Assembly (NCBI GenBank): GCA_002457155.1
Contig: NTJS01000001.1
Coordinates: forward strand, 69,354-133,353
Direction of reading: 5' to 3'
DNA from: Marine Group II euryarchaeote MED-G35
Lineage (GTDB): Archaea; Thermoplasmatota; Poseidoniia; Poseidoniales; Thalassarchaeaceae
Length of the DNA: 64,000 nt
Positions 48,511 through 58,313 of the stretch are shown piece after piece. Below the pieces are notes generated by a model, which was not told the DNA's origin, made no database searches, and worked only from the letters and a program-made list of their open reading frames with translations. The translations under genes were made by a program, and so were the position numbers. Numbering within the stretch: the first letter of the stretch is position 1; each line of letters opens with the position of its first letter.

Positions 48511-49599
48511 GTGGCAAAGAAGGACACCTATCTCGCTCTGTTGAGGAGGGGAATCGATGAGACCACTGCTCAAATCCTCGCTGACGGAGGAATCAAGATT
48601 GGCGATCTCAAGAAGTTAGACTCTGAAACTCTAATCAACAACTACGGCATCAAGAAAGAGGTAGCGAAGTCGGTTCTCGATGCAGTAAAGGCGGGCCCAA
48701 GATCCTCAGGAAGACAGCGATTCCTCGCCGATATCCTCTCTGATGACAAGAAGAAGGTAGACAAGATCGAGGAGACTCGCTTCAAGCGCGAGCAGAAAGA
48801 CATCTATGCGGAATTGCAGGAGAAGAAGGAACAACTCCGTCTCGCAAGGGTCGAGGACTTCAGAAACAAGAAACTCGTGATGAACAGGCTAGGCAAGACG
48901 ATTGAGTTGATCGTCAAGTTGGAGAACAACCTTGACGACGAATCCAAGGACGAGCAGAGATCGAAGATCAGGGATCAACTCGAGACCCGAGGACTAGAGG
49001 CGGCAAGGGATCACGAGATGCTCGAACTCGCCGGGACCCCACAGGATATCGTAGACTTCCGGAGGAAGATCGCACCGGTTCTCTGCCTCCATGCCTGTCC
49101 CCACTGCGGAGAGGAGATGGACCCAAGAGGGAGCAACATCATGGAAAGCCCCTCGGATTTCTCCTTCGTCTGCTGGGACTGCGAGGAGGAGTTCCACGCT
49201 GCCATGGCCCAATCGGTCGAAGGCAGACTCAGCAACGGATCCAGGATAACAATCGATCCGAAGATGAAGCCACGCCTGCCAGTCATCAAGCCCCCGAAGA
49301 AGGACAAGTCCGCCTCAATCACGGATCTGATGATGAGGGACCTGGAGTCAGCAGGTGCCTCGGCAGAGGAACTGGAGGCGGCATTGGAAGCGAGCACGCT
49401 CTCAGGGGTCCTGATGAGCATCGACGAGTGGATAGACCAGACGATCGCCGCCAAGGGATACATCCAGGCACAGGAGGACAGGGAGGAGTTCATCATCGCC
49501 ACCGGAGCAGGAGCCACGAAGTTCAACAAGTGGATGAAGAAGGCCGGACTGAGGTTCAACAAGCAGACTGGTAGATGGACTCGGTGGGAGGACCGGTGA
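48511..49599 (+). CDS. Hypothetical protein: N-terminal HhH-like domain, coiled coil, Zn ribbon, C-terminal basic domain
   Basis: RRGIDETTAQILADGG; CPHC..CWDC; GGAGG RBS before GTG. Confidence 0.75.
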   Translation: MAKKDTYLALLRRGIDETTAQILADGGIKIGDLKKLDSETLINNYGIKKEVAKSVLDAVKAGPRSSGRQRFLADILSDDKKKVDKIEETRFKREQKDIYAELQEKKEQLRLARVEDFRNKKLVMNRLGKTIELIVKLENNLDDESKDEQRSKIRDQLETRGLEAARDHEMLELAGTPQDIVDFRRKIAPVLCLHACPHCGEEMDPRGSNIMESPSDFSFVCWDCEEEFHAAMAQSVEGRLSNGSRITIDPKMKPRLPVIKPPKKDKSASITDLMMRDLESAGASAEELEAALEASTLSGVLMSIDEWIDQTIAAKGYIQAQEDREEFIIATGAGATKFNKWMKKAGLRFNKQTGRWTRWEDR

Positions 49600-49606
49600 A
49601 TTCGGG

Positions 49607-49732
49607 ATGTCCAGCTTCCTGGTCTCCCTCACTGTGTCTGTAATCGGAATCTCGGTAATGTCATGGTGGCTCTACTCCCGGATCTCCCAGAAGCTCGCTG
49701 AGGTCGGGGAGAGGAACAACTGGGAAGAATGA
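49607..49732 (+). CDS. Putative 41-aa single-TM small protein
   Basis: MSSFLVSLTVSVIGISVMSWWLYSRISQKLAEVGERNNWEE; fills gap, below ORF-track cutoff. Confidence 0.5.
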   Translation: MSSFLVSLTVSVIGISVMSWWLYSRISQKLAEVGERNNWEE

Positions 49733-49752
49733 TCTTCCAGTGTAAACAGAGA

Positions 49753-50055
49753 CTACTCATTGATTGCTGCTGTCCATCTATCCGATTGTGGGACCCCAAC
49801 AATCTCGATATGGCACGCGAGAACTCCCCGCTGCTTCCTCAAGACCCCCCTGAGGTCAATCAGATCATCGAGACAACAAGGACAATGCGGATTGCTGGGC
49901 CTTATCCAGAGCTCCACGATTCCAGCATCATCTATCTCAACTCCCTTCAATATCGATGGATCGGTAATCGGCTTCCCATGGGGGTCGTCCCGCTTCCTCA
50001 GTGTCCTTGCTACGGTCCTATGCACTGCTCCGGAGGTTTCACTCATGTCTACCAC
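49753..50055 (-). CDS. DUF59 / FeS-assembly (SufT/PaaD-like) protein
   Basis: LRKRDDPHGKPITD, RPSNPHCPCC. Confidence 0.65.
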   Translation of the reverse strand: MVDMSETSGAVHRTVARTLRKRDDPHGKPITDPSILKGVEIDDAGIVELWIRPSNPHCPCCLDDLIDLRGVLRKQRGVLACHIEIVGVPQSDRWTAAINE

Positions 50056-51302
50056 TGAATCAAACTAGGGAGCCTATCGCCCGATGTGAGGCATTCCATG
50101 CCCTCATTCGTCCTTGACCAAGTGTCCTCGATACCAATCGCCCCCTCTTCGTGGATCACCTTCGGCTCTATTGCCATGGTCCCTCCCAATTCGAGGGGAC
50201 GATCGAACCCCTCTGCAACAACCGGGGTCTCATCAAGCTCCAATCCAACCGAATGGCCTAGGAAACTCGCCTGTTCGGGGCTAATCCCCATCAGGTTCTC
50301 GCCATGACCCATCTCCTCAGCAGCCTCCCTGCCCACGATCCACGCACTCGAGCAGTCTTCCCCCCTGCCCAGGCTTCTCCTGACTATCGCCCCAATCTCG
50401 ATCATGCCATCCAACCTGTTCCGCCATTCCTCCCCTAGATGGCCAGAATGGAACATCCTGGTACAATCGGAAACATAGCCCCTGTGAACGTGAACAATGT
50501 CAACCAACACCGGCTCGCCCTCCTTGACCTTGGAGAAACCGGCACCGAGGGGGGAAATCGGACTGCCACCAACCCCACCGACGGCCGAATCGAAGAACGA
50601 GGGGACCCTGCCGGATCTCCCCGCGGCGATTACTACCCTGTCGCAGTCCATAGGCCACTTCCTCATCCTGATCCTCCCTCCGAAGCCAGAGGCCCTGCTG
50701 ACATCTTCTGCAACGCCGGCCATCTCCAACTCGGTTTTCCCCGTACCACCGGAATCGCGAATGGACTCGAACATGGAGTGGTTGATCTCACCACTCTCCC
50801 GGATCATCGATAATTCCCATTCCGATTTCACCTCCCTCAGTTTGAATAGGGTATTCGTGCAATCCCGAGAAGGCCCTTCCAGGCCTTCCATCTTCCCGTT
50901 AATGAAACTCCAACGGCTCTGAGGAACCTTTGACCCCGTCATCGCTGGCCTCTGAACGCATCCGGACTTCGCCAACATGCCAGACAATTCGCCCATCCGG
51001 GGGTGCTCCTCTGTCAGGTGGGGGCAGTCCCCTGCTCCCCCTTCGTACGAGGCCCTTGCAACCGACCTGCGGACTAGGTGCCTCGTTTGTATGCCAGTAC
51101 CCTCAGCCCCAATCAGGATGGCGGAGTTCTGACGACCTCCTGTGAGCCAGTACAACTCAACCGGGTCCTCGATGTAGGCAGACTCGATCCCTTCCCCTGC
51201 TAGGGCAACTGACAGCCTTCCCTGCCTGTCCTCTAACTCCGAGACAGGCACTCTCCAGTCTTCCCCATCAGGCCCGACTAGAGTCGATGTATCCCATTCC
51301 AC
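50049..51302 (-). CDS. Xaa-Pro peptidase (M24 family)
   Basis: LREVKSEWE, VDI....GYVSDCTR, GHSVGLELDE, AIEPK, GIEDT. Confidence 0.92.
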   Translation of the reverse strand: MEWDTSTLVGPDGEDWRVPVSELEDRQGRLSVALAGEGIESAYIEDPVELYWLTGGRQNSAILIGAEGTGIQTRHLVRRSVARASYEGGAGDCPHLTEEHPRMGELSGMLAKSGCVQRPAMTGSKVPQSRWSFINGKMEGLEGPSRDCTNTLFKLREVKSEWELSMIRESGEINHSMFESIRDSGGTGKTELEMAGVAEDVSRASGFGGRIRMRKWPMDCDRVVIAAGRSGRVPSFFDSAVGGVGGSPISPLGAGFSKVKEGEPVLVDIVHVHRGYVSDCTRMFHSGHLGEEWRNRLDGMIEIGAIVRRSLGRGEDCSSAWIVGREAAEEMGHGENLMGISPEQASFLGHSVGLELDETPVVAEGFDRPLELGGTMAIEPKVIHEEGAIGIEDTWSRTNEGMECLTSGDRLPSLIQW

Positions 51303-51400
51303 ATTCTACCTTGGATTGCCATGACAGAAAGGATTTTTGGGTCAAAAGGAACCAGAAAATCATCCACAACGGCCAAAACCACCCCCCTTGTGGAGGAGAC

Positions 51401-52666
51401 GTGGAAGGGGTCCTCACCCTCGAAGACGTTGACCTAGCAGGGAGAACCGTTCTCTACAGAGTTGATGTCAACTCCCCTCTGGAACCCTCCACTGGAAGGC
51501 TGCTTGATGATGGGAGGCTAAGGGGGGTGATCCCTACTCTGGAGGCTCTCGAACCATCAAAGGTGGTGATCCTGGGACATCAGTCGAGACCAGGTAAATC
51601 CGACTTCACAAGCATGTCTAGGCATTGCGAGAGACTTTCTGAGATTCTGGAGAGGCCAATAAAATTCGTATCAGATGTCTGTGGGGACGAGGCAATCGAG
51701 GAGATTAGCAAAATGTCAGACGGGGAGATCATCTTCCTAGACAATGTTAGGAAGAACGAGGAAGAGTACGGTGTAAAGTACAACTCGAACGAGGATACGG
51801 AGGTTACCGACATCGTTGCCAGGCTTTCCTCGGTCTCAGACGCATTCGTCACGGATGCATTTGCAGCGGCTCACCGCAGATCGCCAACTCTAACCGGATT
51901 CACCAACTCTCTCCCATGTATCGCGGGGACTCTGATGGAGAAGGAGATCAGCAGTCTGAGAACGGCATTGAGGGACCCCCCCAGCCCGTACCTCGCGATC
52001 CTCGGAGGAGCAAAATGCGACGACTCAGTCAGGGTGGCGTTGAACCTCATCTCGAAGGGAGAGGTAGACAGAATAGCCTTCGTAGGAGTTACTGGCAATT
52101 TGATGCTCTGGATCGATGGTAATGATATCGGGGAGATAAACAGGGATTTCATCCGCAACTCACTTGGTGACGACTTCGAAATAGCATGGGAGATGGCTGA
52201 GAGGATACTCTCAGAGCACCCAGATAAGGCATTCCTCCCCATTGACGTAGCCGTAGAGTCCGATGGGAGGAGAACCCCACTATCCATTGATGACCTGCCT
52301 ACCGAGGACCCGATATACGATGTCGGGATAGAGACTCTGAGGGCACTCAAGCCACTAGTGGAGAATGCGGGGTGCATTCTATGGAACGGCCCAGCTTCGT
52401 ACTTCGAACTTCCAGAATTTGCTTTCGGCACTATCGAGATTCTCAATATGTGCACCGAGACTAATGCAATGACGATTATTGGAGGGGGCCACACAAGTGC
52501 GTTGGTGAACAGCAGGGGGGCCGCGACTCTGGTCTCTCACAACAGTACAGGCGGTGGTTCAACTATGAGTTTCCTATCCGGCGAACCAATGCCTGTTATC
52601 GCATCTCTGAAAGACTCCTGCAGGAAGCATAGCGATGACTTAGAGGGCCTGGGACTAGCATCTTGA
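51401..52666 (+). CDS. pgk: Phosphoglycerate kinase
   Basis: RVDVNSP, HQSRPG, DAFAAAHR, LGGAK, WNGP, IGGGHT, STGGG; GTG after GGAGG. Confidence 0.96.
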   Translation: MEGVLTLEDVDLAGRTVLYRVDVNSPLEPSTGRLLDDGRLRGVIPTLEALEPSKVVILGHQSRPGKSDFTSMSRHCERLSEILERPIKFVSDVCGDEAIEEISKMSDGEIIFLDNVRKNEEEYGVKYNSNEDTEVTDIVARLSSVSDAFVTDAFAAAHRRSPTLTGFTNSLPCIAGTLMEKEISSLRTALRDPPSPYLAILGGAKCDDSVRVALNLISKGEVDRIAFVGVTGNLMLWIDGNDIGEINRDFIRNSLGDDFEIAWEMAERILSEHPDKAFLPIDVAVESDGRRTPLSIDDLPTEDPIYDVGIETLRALKPLVENAGCILWNGPASYFELPEFAFGTIEILNMCTETNAMTIIGGGHTSALVNSRGAATLVSHNSTGGGSTMSFLSGEPMPVIASLKDSCRKHSDDLEGLGLAS

Positions 52667-52743
52667 TGGAGCCACTGGGGAGATTCGAACTCTCGGCCTT
52701 CTGATTACGAATCAGACGCTCTACCGGGCTAAGCTACAGTGGC
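52667..52743 (-). tRNA. tRNA-Thr(CGT), CCA encoded
   Basis: GCCACTG/CAGTGGC acceptor stem, TCTGA-TTCGTAA-TCAGA anticodon arm, GTTCGAATC T-loop. Confidence 0.96.
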
Positions 52744-52810
52744 AGCGAATCGCCCACCTTGGATTCTGCCATAAGAGAACCGGTGGGGCCAACGACTGCC
52801 ACTTCGCGAA

Positions 52811-54196
52811 TCACTTCAGCTTGCCAATGTTGGCGACATGGCCAATCCTATCTTCTATGTCTGCTAGAATTTCATCCAAGGAGGGCTGATCCTTTGCCTC
52901 GGCCCTCATCACCAGAATCGGCTCCGTGTTACTGGGGCGACAGAGGAACCAACCTCGTTCATACCTGACTCTGATCCCATCAACCTCTGAGAATTCCATG
53001 TCTGAATAGGCCTGCTTCACAGCAGCCATCACCTCTTCTCTCTCTCCGTCTAGTGGGACCTTCCCCTCATCAGTTGAGGGATACTCGGGCATGAAATCGA
53101 ATCTTTCTGAGAAATTGACTCCCCCTTGGTCGGGAGCAGGGCCCATACTCACGATCTTCAGGAGTCTAGCGGCGTTGTATATGGAATCATCAAAGCCATC
53201 CCAGTGGTCATTCATGAAGAAGTGGCCAGACATTTCCCCTGCCATCGACGAACTAGGATTCTCCCTCAACTCCAACTTCATGAAAGTATGACCAGTTCTG
53301 ACCATCTTGGGAATCCCACCGAATCCGAGGATTGCTTCCTCCAGAGCCATGCTACACTTGACGTCGAAGAAGATGGTCCTCTCCTCCTCTGAAGAGTCTT
53401 CATCGGTTTTCTCCAGCACTTCTTTGACAAATATCCCCATCAACCTGTCAGGATGAATGAAACTGCCGTTTTCATCTACCACTCCCAAGCGATCCCCATC
53501 CCCATCCATCCCGATTCCGAACTCTGCACCGTTTTCGACTACTGCCTTTCCAAGGTCGGTCATGTTCTCCTTCCTCGTTGGGTCTGGGGGATGGTTTGGA
53601 AACGAATTATCCCAGTCGCAGTAGATTGGAATCACATCCACCCCTAGTCTCTCTAGGGTCCTAAGTGCCAATGGCCCAGGAACAGCATTCCCACAATCCA
53701 GCACTACTCTGACATTCCTCGAAGGCTTCCCCACACTTTCCACAACCGCCTCGATGTAGGAATCCTCGTAGTCTCCCAAATGCTGGTAGGAGCCATCACC
53801 GGTTCTGAACTCGCCAGCCTCGAAGGTCCTCCTGATATCTTGCAGGACCTCCCCTCCTAGTGGCATTTTTCCCTGACAGATCTTGAAACCGTTGTATTGG
53901 GGTGGGTTGTGACTGGCAGTAATGGCTACTGCGGCATCCACAGGGAGGTCGACCGTCGACCTGTATAGGACACCAGTCGTGGAGATCCCCAGATCAATGA
54001 CATCCGCTCCCGCCGACCTAAGTCCGCTCACAAAGGCCTCGTGATAACTTGGACTGGACTCGCGAATGTCTCTTACTAGGGAGACGCTACTTGCTCCTAG
54101 GTGGGTAGCAATAGCCTTCCCTAGTCGTTCGGAAAATTCAACATCCAACTCATCGCCGGCAATCCCCCTGATGTCATATGCCTTGAAAACGCTCAT
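52811..54196 (-). CDS. Phosphomannomutase/phosphoglucomutase
   Basis: FKAYDIRG, ITASHNP, DGDGDR, GEMSGH, RPSNTEP. Confidence 0.96.
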   Translation of the reverse strand: MSVFKAYDIRGIAGDELDVEFSERLGKAIATHLGASSVSLVRDIRESSPSYHEAFVSGLRSAGADVIDLGISTTGVLYRSTVDLPVDAAVAITASHNPPQYNGFKICQGKMPLGGEVLQDIRRTFEAGEFRTGDGSYQHLGDYEDSYIEAVVESVGKPSRNVRVVLDCGNAVPGPLALRTLERLGVDVIPIYCDWDNSFPNHPPDPTRKENMTDLGKAVVENGAEFGIGMDGDGDRLGVVDENGSFIHPDRLMGIFVKEVLEKTDEDSSEEERTIFFDVKCSMALEEAILGFGGIPKMVRTGHTFMKLELRENPSSSMAGEMSGHFFMNDHWDGFDDSIYNAARLLKIVSMGPAPDQGGVNFSERFDFMPEYPSTDEGKVPLDGEREEVMAAVKQAYSDMEFSEVDGIRVRYERGWFLCRPSNTEPILVMRAEAKDQPSLDEILADIEDRIGHVANIGKLK

Positions 54197-54244
54197 TCAA
54201 CCCCACCTATCTGACACTCGCAATCACATATGTATAGAAATATT

Positions 54245-54607
54245 TCACTTCGCATATTTCTCTGCCCCATGAAAATGCAGAGATACGTAATCCTCGTCAC
54301 CAACTACCCAGCTGTCATGGGGTTCTGGGCCCACGTAGAACAGGTCACCAGCCCTCAACTCGTGGACTTCTCCATCTTTGAAAGCACAGGTCGCTACTCC
54401 GGAGACGACCATGCCCAAATGCTCGACTTCACAGAAGTCGGTACCAGAAATGGGAGACACATCTTCTGACCACTTCCATCCTGGATAGTAAGTCGCTCTC
54501 CCTATCGTCATACTCTCAAAGTGAACAACTTCGAACTTGCCCTTCTCGAATACCCTAACCTCATCCGGAGACTCGAACCTCTTCACAATGATATCATCAA
54601 TTTTCAC
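54245..54607 (-). CDS. Cupin domain protein
   Basis: PGWKWS....C...HLG.VVSG, HDSWVVGDE. Confidence 0.88.
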   Translation of the reverse strand: MKIDDIIVKRFESPDEVRVFEKGKFEVVHFESMTIGRATYYPGWKWSEDVSPISGTDFCEVEHLGMVVSGVATCAFKDGEVHELRAGDLFYVGPEPHDSWVVGDEDYVSLHFHGAEKYAK

Positions 54608-55023
54608 TATACCAGGGCCTCCTCAAGTTCTGCGGTGAAATCGGTACTGTATTCTCCCGAATTCCTGATTGCCTCACAAACAATCTCCACCAGTGCTTCA
54701 CCCGGGAGTTTCGGGACCGCGTAGGCAGCTCTGGCAGGGGGAATTGTTTCAGTAAGCCAATCCGAATAAACCTCGTTAATCTTCGAATAGAAATCAATGT
54801 CTGTCATCAGGATGGTCACCTTAACAAGGTCGGCCTTGGAGCTGTTTGCCGCAGCAAGCAAGTCATCGATTTTAGCAAGAACCCCTGATGTTTGGGATTC
54901 TATGTCATCGCCCCAATCTACTGCAATTTGGCCGGATAGCCAGATGTGGTCTTTGACGGATATTCCAGGTGTATAGGGCCCTAATTTCGGCTCTCCAGTG
55001 TCAATCTCCAGTTTCCGGCTCAT
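54607..55023 (-). CDS. RidA/YjgF family protein
   Basis: GPYTPG, LSGQI, KVTI, NEVY, PPAR, LP..ALVEI. Confidence 0.92.
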   Translation of the reverse strand: MSRKLEIDTGEPKLGPYTPGISVKDHIWLSGQIAVDWGDDIESQTSGVLAKIDDLLAAANSSKADLVKVTILMTDIDFYSKINEVYSDWLTETIPPARAAYAVPKLPGEALVEIVCEAIRNSGEYSTDFTAELEEALV

Positions 55024-55052
55024 ACATCTGCCAAGAGGTTCCGTGTTTAGGT

Positions 55053-55505
55053 TTACTTGCGAAGTTGCTCGATGATTCTGAAGTGAGTTCCAGCCACCTG
55101 CTCCTGAGCAATATCCCCAATGTCTACCCAAGCGGCATCCACAGCATCATCACCGCCATGTGGGACAGATTCTGGATCAACATCAACGAGGTAGAACAAT
55201 CCAATGATGTGTTTCCTTGGGTCTCTGTCAGGTTCCCCATGGATTGCAAGAGCTACTGGGTTGCTTCCAATGACGCCGGTTTCCTCCTCGAGCTCGCGCA
55301 GCACTGCTCGCTCCGGATCTTCTCCGTATTCTACAAAACCCCCCGGGAATGCCCATTTCCCAAGCCAAATCTCTGGTTCACCCCCTCGCCTGATTAACAA
55401 AGCCTCTACTCGCGAGTCAGTCTTTCTTAGAGCCACAGCATCTACTGCAACTGCAGGGTTGTTGTACCCATGGTGGCCACATTCATCGCATCGGTCACTC
55501 TCCAT
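55053..55505 (-). CDS. NUDIX hydrolase (ADP-ribose pyrophosphatase-like)
   Basis: Intact Nudix box PGGFVEYGEDPERAVLRELEEETG; RDPR; GDDA. Confidence 0.93.
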   Translation of the reverse strand: MESDRCDECGHHGYNNPAVAVDAVALRKTDSRVEALLIRRGGEPEIWLGKWAFPGGFVEYGEDPERAVLRELEEETGVIGSNPVALAIHGEPDRDPRKHIIGLFYLVDVDPESVPHGGDDAVDAAWVDIGDIAQEQVAGTHFRIIEQLRK

Positions 55506-56376
55506 ATCGACGCCTCCTCATCTGATAGGTCTCGATCGCATCATAGAGGTCAGACTTAGAGAATGAAGGCCAGTGAACGTCAGTGAAGTATAGCTCAGAA
55601 TATGCAATCTGCCAGAGAAGGAAGTTCGACACTCTCTCTTCCCCACTAGTTCTGATTACCAGATCCGGATCTGGAATCTCAGCATCGTACAGACGATTTG
55701 AAATCTCAGCAGTGTCGATCCTCTCCAGAGCCAGGCTCCCTGAGGCATGATCAGCAGCAATGCCCTTCACTGCATCGACTATCTCCTCCCTACCACCATA
55801 TGCAAGGCATACGGTGAAGGTGAATTTGGAGTATTGACTGGTCCTCTCTTGGGCGTTTTCGATTGCCTGATTGACCCTTTCCGGGAGTTCCTCCGTCCTA
55901 CCTACGACCCTTACCTTGACTTCCTTGGAATGGATCCTCTCGTCTTGGGCTATCTCATCCAGTCCAGCTACGTACAAGTCGAACAACGCCTCCAGTTCGT
56001 CCGAATCCCTGCTGGATAGATTCTCGGTCGAAAGCGCGTAAACCGTGAGATAGGGTATTCCTAGGTCGAGTACCCAATCCATCACGTCCTTCAACTTCTC
56101 TTTCCCATGCCTATGCCCAACATCGGTACCCAGACTCAGACTCCAAGCAAACCTGCGATTTCCGTCCATTATGATGGAGACATGCTGGGGCAGGTCTTCC
56201 CTAGAGACCCTATCTCGCTTCCTCCTCGCACGGACCCTGTCCAATCTCGAGACGAAACTCCAAGCCAACCAGGAGTTCGATACAAAGCGTGCAGGGATGG
56301 AGAAGACCCTGAACTTCAGAAGACGCTTTGCAACATTGTCGACCCTCCGTCCAAAGCGCTTCCCCCCCCTTCCCAT
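55495..56376 (-). CDS. uppS: cis-polyprenyl diphosphate synthase
   Basis: HVSIIMDGNRR, YALSTEN, AYGGREEI, DLVIRTSGEERVSNFLLWQ, RRYG. Confidence 0.96.
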   Translation of the reverse strand: MGRGGKRFGRRVDNVAKRLLKFRVFSIPARFVSNSWLAWSFVSRLDRVRARRKRDRVSREDLPQHVSIIMDGNRRFAWSLSLGTDVGHRHGKEKLKDVMDWVLDLGIPYLTVYALSTENLSSRDSDELEALFDLYVAGLDEIAQDERIHSKEVKVRVVGRTEELPERVNQAIENAQERTSQYSKFTFTVCLAYGGREEIVDAVKGIAADHASGSLALERIDTAEISNRLYDAEIPDPDLVIRTSGEERVSNFLLWQIAYSELYFTDVHWPSFSKSDLYDAIETYQMRRRRYGE

Positions 56377-56424
56377 ATTTGCTCGGGGGAGTACTGACGT
56401 TAAGACAACTAACCAGAAATGGCC

Positions 56425-56988
56425 CTATTCGAAAATTATGTCAGCCGTATCCCCGACCCTGTCTAGAAGTCCCCTCTCTGGATTGACAACAATCACTTCC
56501 CCAGCACGATCCCAGACAGGCAAGTCATGCTTGCTGTTGCCTGCATATGCGAACCCCTTCTCCCCAAACCTCGACACTAGGGCCTCGGCCTTCTTTTCCC
56601 CTCTTAGATTGAATGTCGAGTCGGATGCCATTACATCCGAGAATAGCCCTACGTGGCCAGCTACTTGCTCCGCAATAATCCTATCAGATGCAGTAGCTAG
56701 AATCAATGTCCTGCCCTTTGCCCTCTCACCAGTGAGCCAGTCAAGCAAACCGTCGTGATATTCCAATTCAGCAGGATCGAAAACCAACCTCTCCGCCAAG
56801 TCCCTCTTCCATTGAGCCCTTTTTCCTGTGAACTCCTTTGCCAGCATCCCCACTATGGACCAGGGGCGCCTTAGGATCACCCTCTTGATGCTGACCCAAC
56901 TCATGTCGGTGAGGATTAGGGTTCCATCCATGTCGACCGCAATCGGGATTTCAGGGCTACTCTGCTCCACAGTATTCGCTTGGGCCAC
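56425..56988 (-). CDS. HAD-family hydrolase (like the N-terminal domain of HAD-UbiA fusions)
   Basis: VDMDGTL, LATAS, NLRGEKKA, YAGNSKHDLPVW. Confidence 0.85.
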   Translation of the reverse strand: MAQANTVEQSSPEIPIAVDMDGTLILTDMSWVSIKRVILRRPWSIVGMLAKEFTGKRAQWKRDLAERLVFDPAELEYHDGLLDWLTGERAKGRTLILATASDRIIAEQVAGHVGLFSDVMASDSTFNLRGEKKAEALVSRFGEKGFAYAGNSKHDLPVWDRAGEVIVVNPERGLLDRVGDTADIIFE

Positions 56989-57053
56989 TACGATTCAAGC
57001 CTTCGCAGACCGATTCAATGAAGCCTTGGACCCTTTCCTAGTCCCGAGAGGAG

Positions 57054-58313
57054 ATGTCGGAGGGGGTTGAATCTTGGAGGCCCGGGGCGTTGCCTCAGAC
57101 TGGGCACAGCGAAATCGCCCCATCTGGGTTCGAGATCCTGGAATTTTCAGGAAGAGGTCCGCTATCTGCACTATCATGCTCGATGATCCAGCCCTCAGAG
57201 TTGACCAAACCGTCTGATTGGGCAGAAATCACCTCGGAACTGGATTCCTGGGGGGAGGTGCCAGTCCCCGATTCGATAGTTCAAGTGTCAACTTATGAAA
57301 CTGATCGGGGCCCTGTTGCACATCTCAGATCAGACACGGAATGGGTGGCCGAGTTTCTTCCATGGGGGTCTGATGGTTTACTCAGGAAGAGGGTCAACTC
57401 ATACCCGGAGACTTGTGACTTGCCATGCGGGGGGTATTCTTGGAAAGGCTCCGATATCATCTCGATACGGAAGGAAAAGAGACAGATAACCAACTCCCGA
57501 GAACTTCTTCTGGATTCATTAGAAAATGGAGAGAAGGTAGAGGCGCAAGAGATTCTGAGGGAATGCGGGAGGCAACTGGGGTCCGTGCATAGGCATGTCG
57601 AGGGAATCCGCGTCACCCCAGCAGACCCCAATAGGTGGAATTCCAGAGTTTCGGATTTAGAGGAGGCTCTCAATGCCCACTCCATTTGGAGGGCCCCATA
57701 CTCAAGAGACTCAGAATGTATGCTCAGCATAGGGGACGTTAGGCTAGATGACTTCACCGGAGAGTCCGTTAGAGTCCGTAGACCGCGACTATCTGATGCA
57801 CTCCATCCACCTGACTGTGGATTTCCAGCGATCAGGGACCTCGCTTCATTAATTCACGATCTATCAAGGCTTCACCATGTCTCAGGAACAGAGGTGGACA
57901 TTGTCGGGCTGAGACTCTCACTGATTGAGGGATGGAGAGAAACTGCTCCTAGTAAGTGGGCATCTGATAACGTGTTTTACTCTCATCGAGGCGGTCTAGC
58001 CATCTGGGAGTACGAGCAGTGCCTTCTGGACGTAATTGAGGCCACATCCCATCAATCGGGAGCCCCTCATCCTGCAGTGGGACTAATCGCATACGTACCT
58101 AGTTTCCAGAAGAAGATGTTCAACAACAGGACCATTGGTGCCCTGTCGATAATGGCGGGATTCTTTGGATTCACCTCGATATACTGGACTTTCCCCCCTT
58201 CGTCACAGGAACTCGTCACGCCATCACTGTGTATTGTTGCCAGCGCAGCTCTGATGTGGACATATCGCCGTATGTCACCATTACCAGAGATTCCATTCAA
58301 TCGATTAGACTGA
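57054..58313 (+). CDS. Degenerate maltokinase/APH-like protein with C-terminal TM pair
   Basis: GRQLGSVH, SIGDVRL, PAIRDLASL, WEYEQ; hydrophobic C-terminus. Confidence 0.55.
   Translation: MSEGVESWRPGALPQTGHSEIAPSGFEILEFSGRGPLSALSCSMIQPSELTKPSDWAEITSELDSWGEVPVPDSIVQVSTYETDRGPVAHLRSDTEWVAEFLPWGSDGLLRKRVNSYPETCDLPCGGYSWKGSDIISIRKEKRQITNSRELLLDSLENGEKVEAQEILRECGRQLGSVHRHVEGIRVTPADPNRWNSRVSDLEEALNAHSIWRAPYSRDSECMLSIGDVRLDDFTGESVRVRRPRLSDALHPPDCGFPAIRDLASLIHDLSRLHHVSGTEVDIVGLRLSLIEGWRETAPSKWASDNVFYSHRGGLAIWEYEQCLLDVIEATSHQSGAPHPAVGLIAYVPSFQKKMFNNRTIGALSIMAGFFGFTSIYWTFPPSSQELVTPSLCIVASAALMWTYRRMSPLPEIPFNRLD

Noticed and set aside
52667-52743. tRNA-Thr as an integration site
   Set aside because: Flanked by pgk and PMM; no integrase and no duplicated tRNA 3' end noticed
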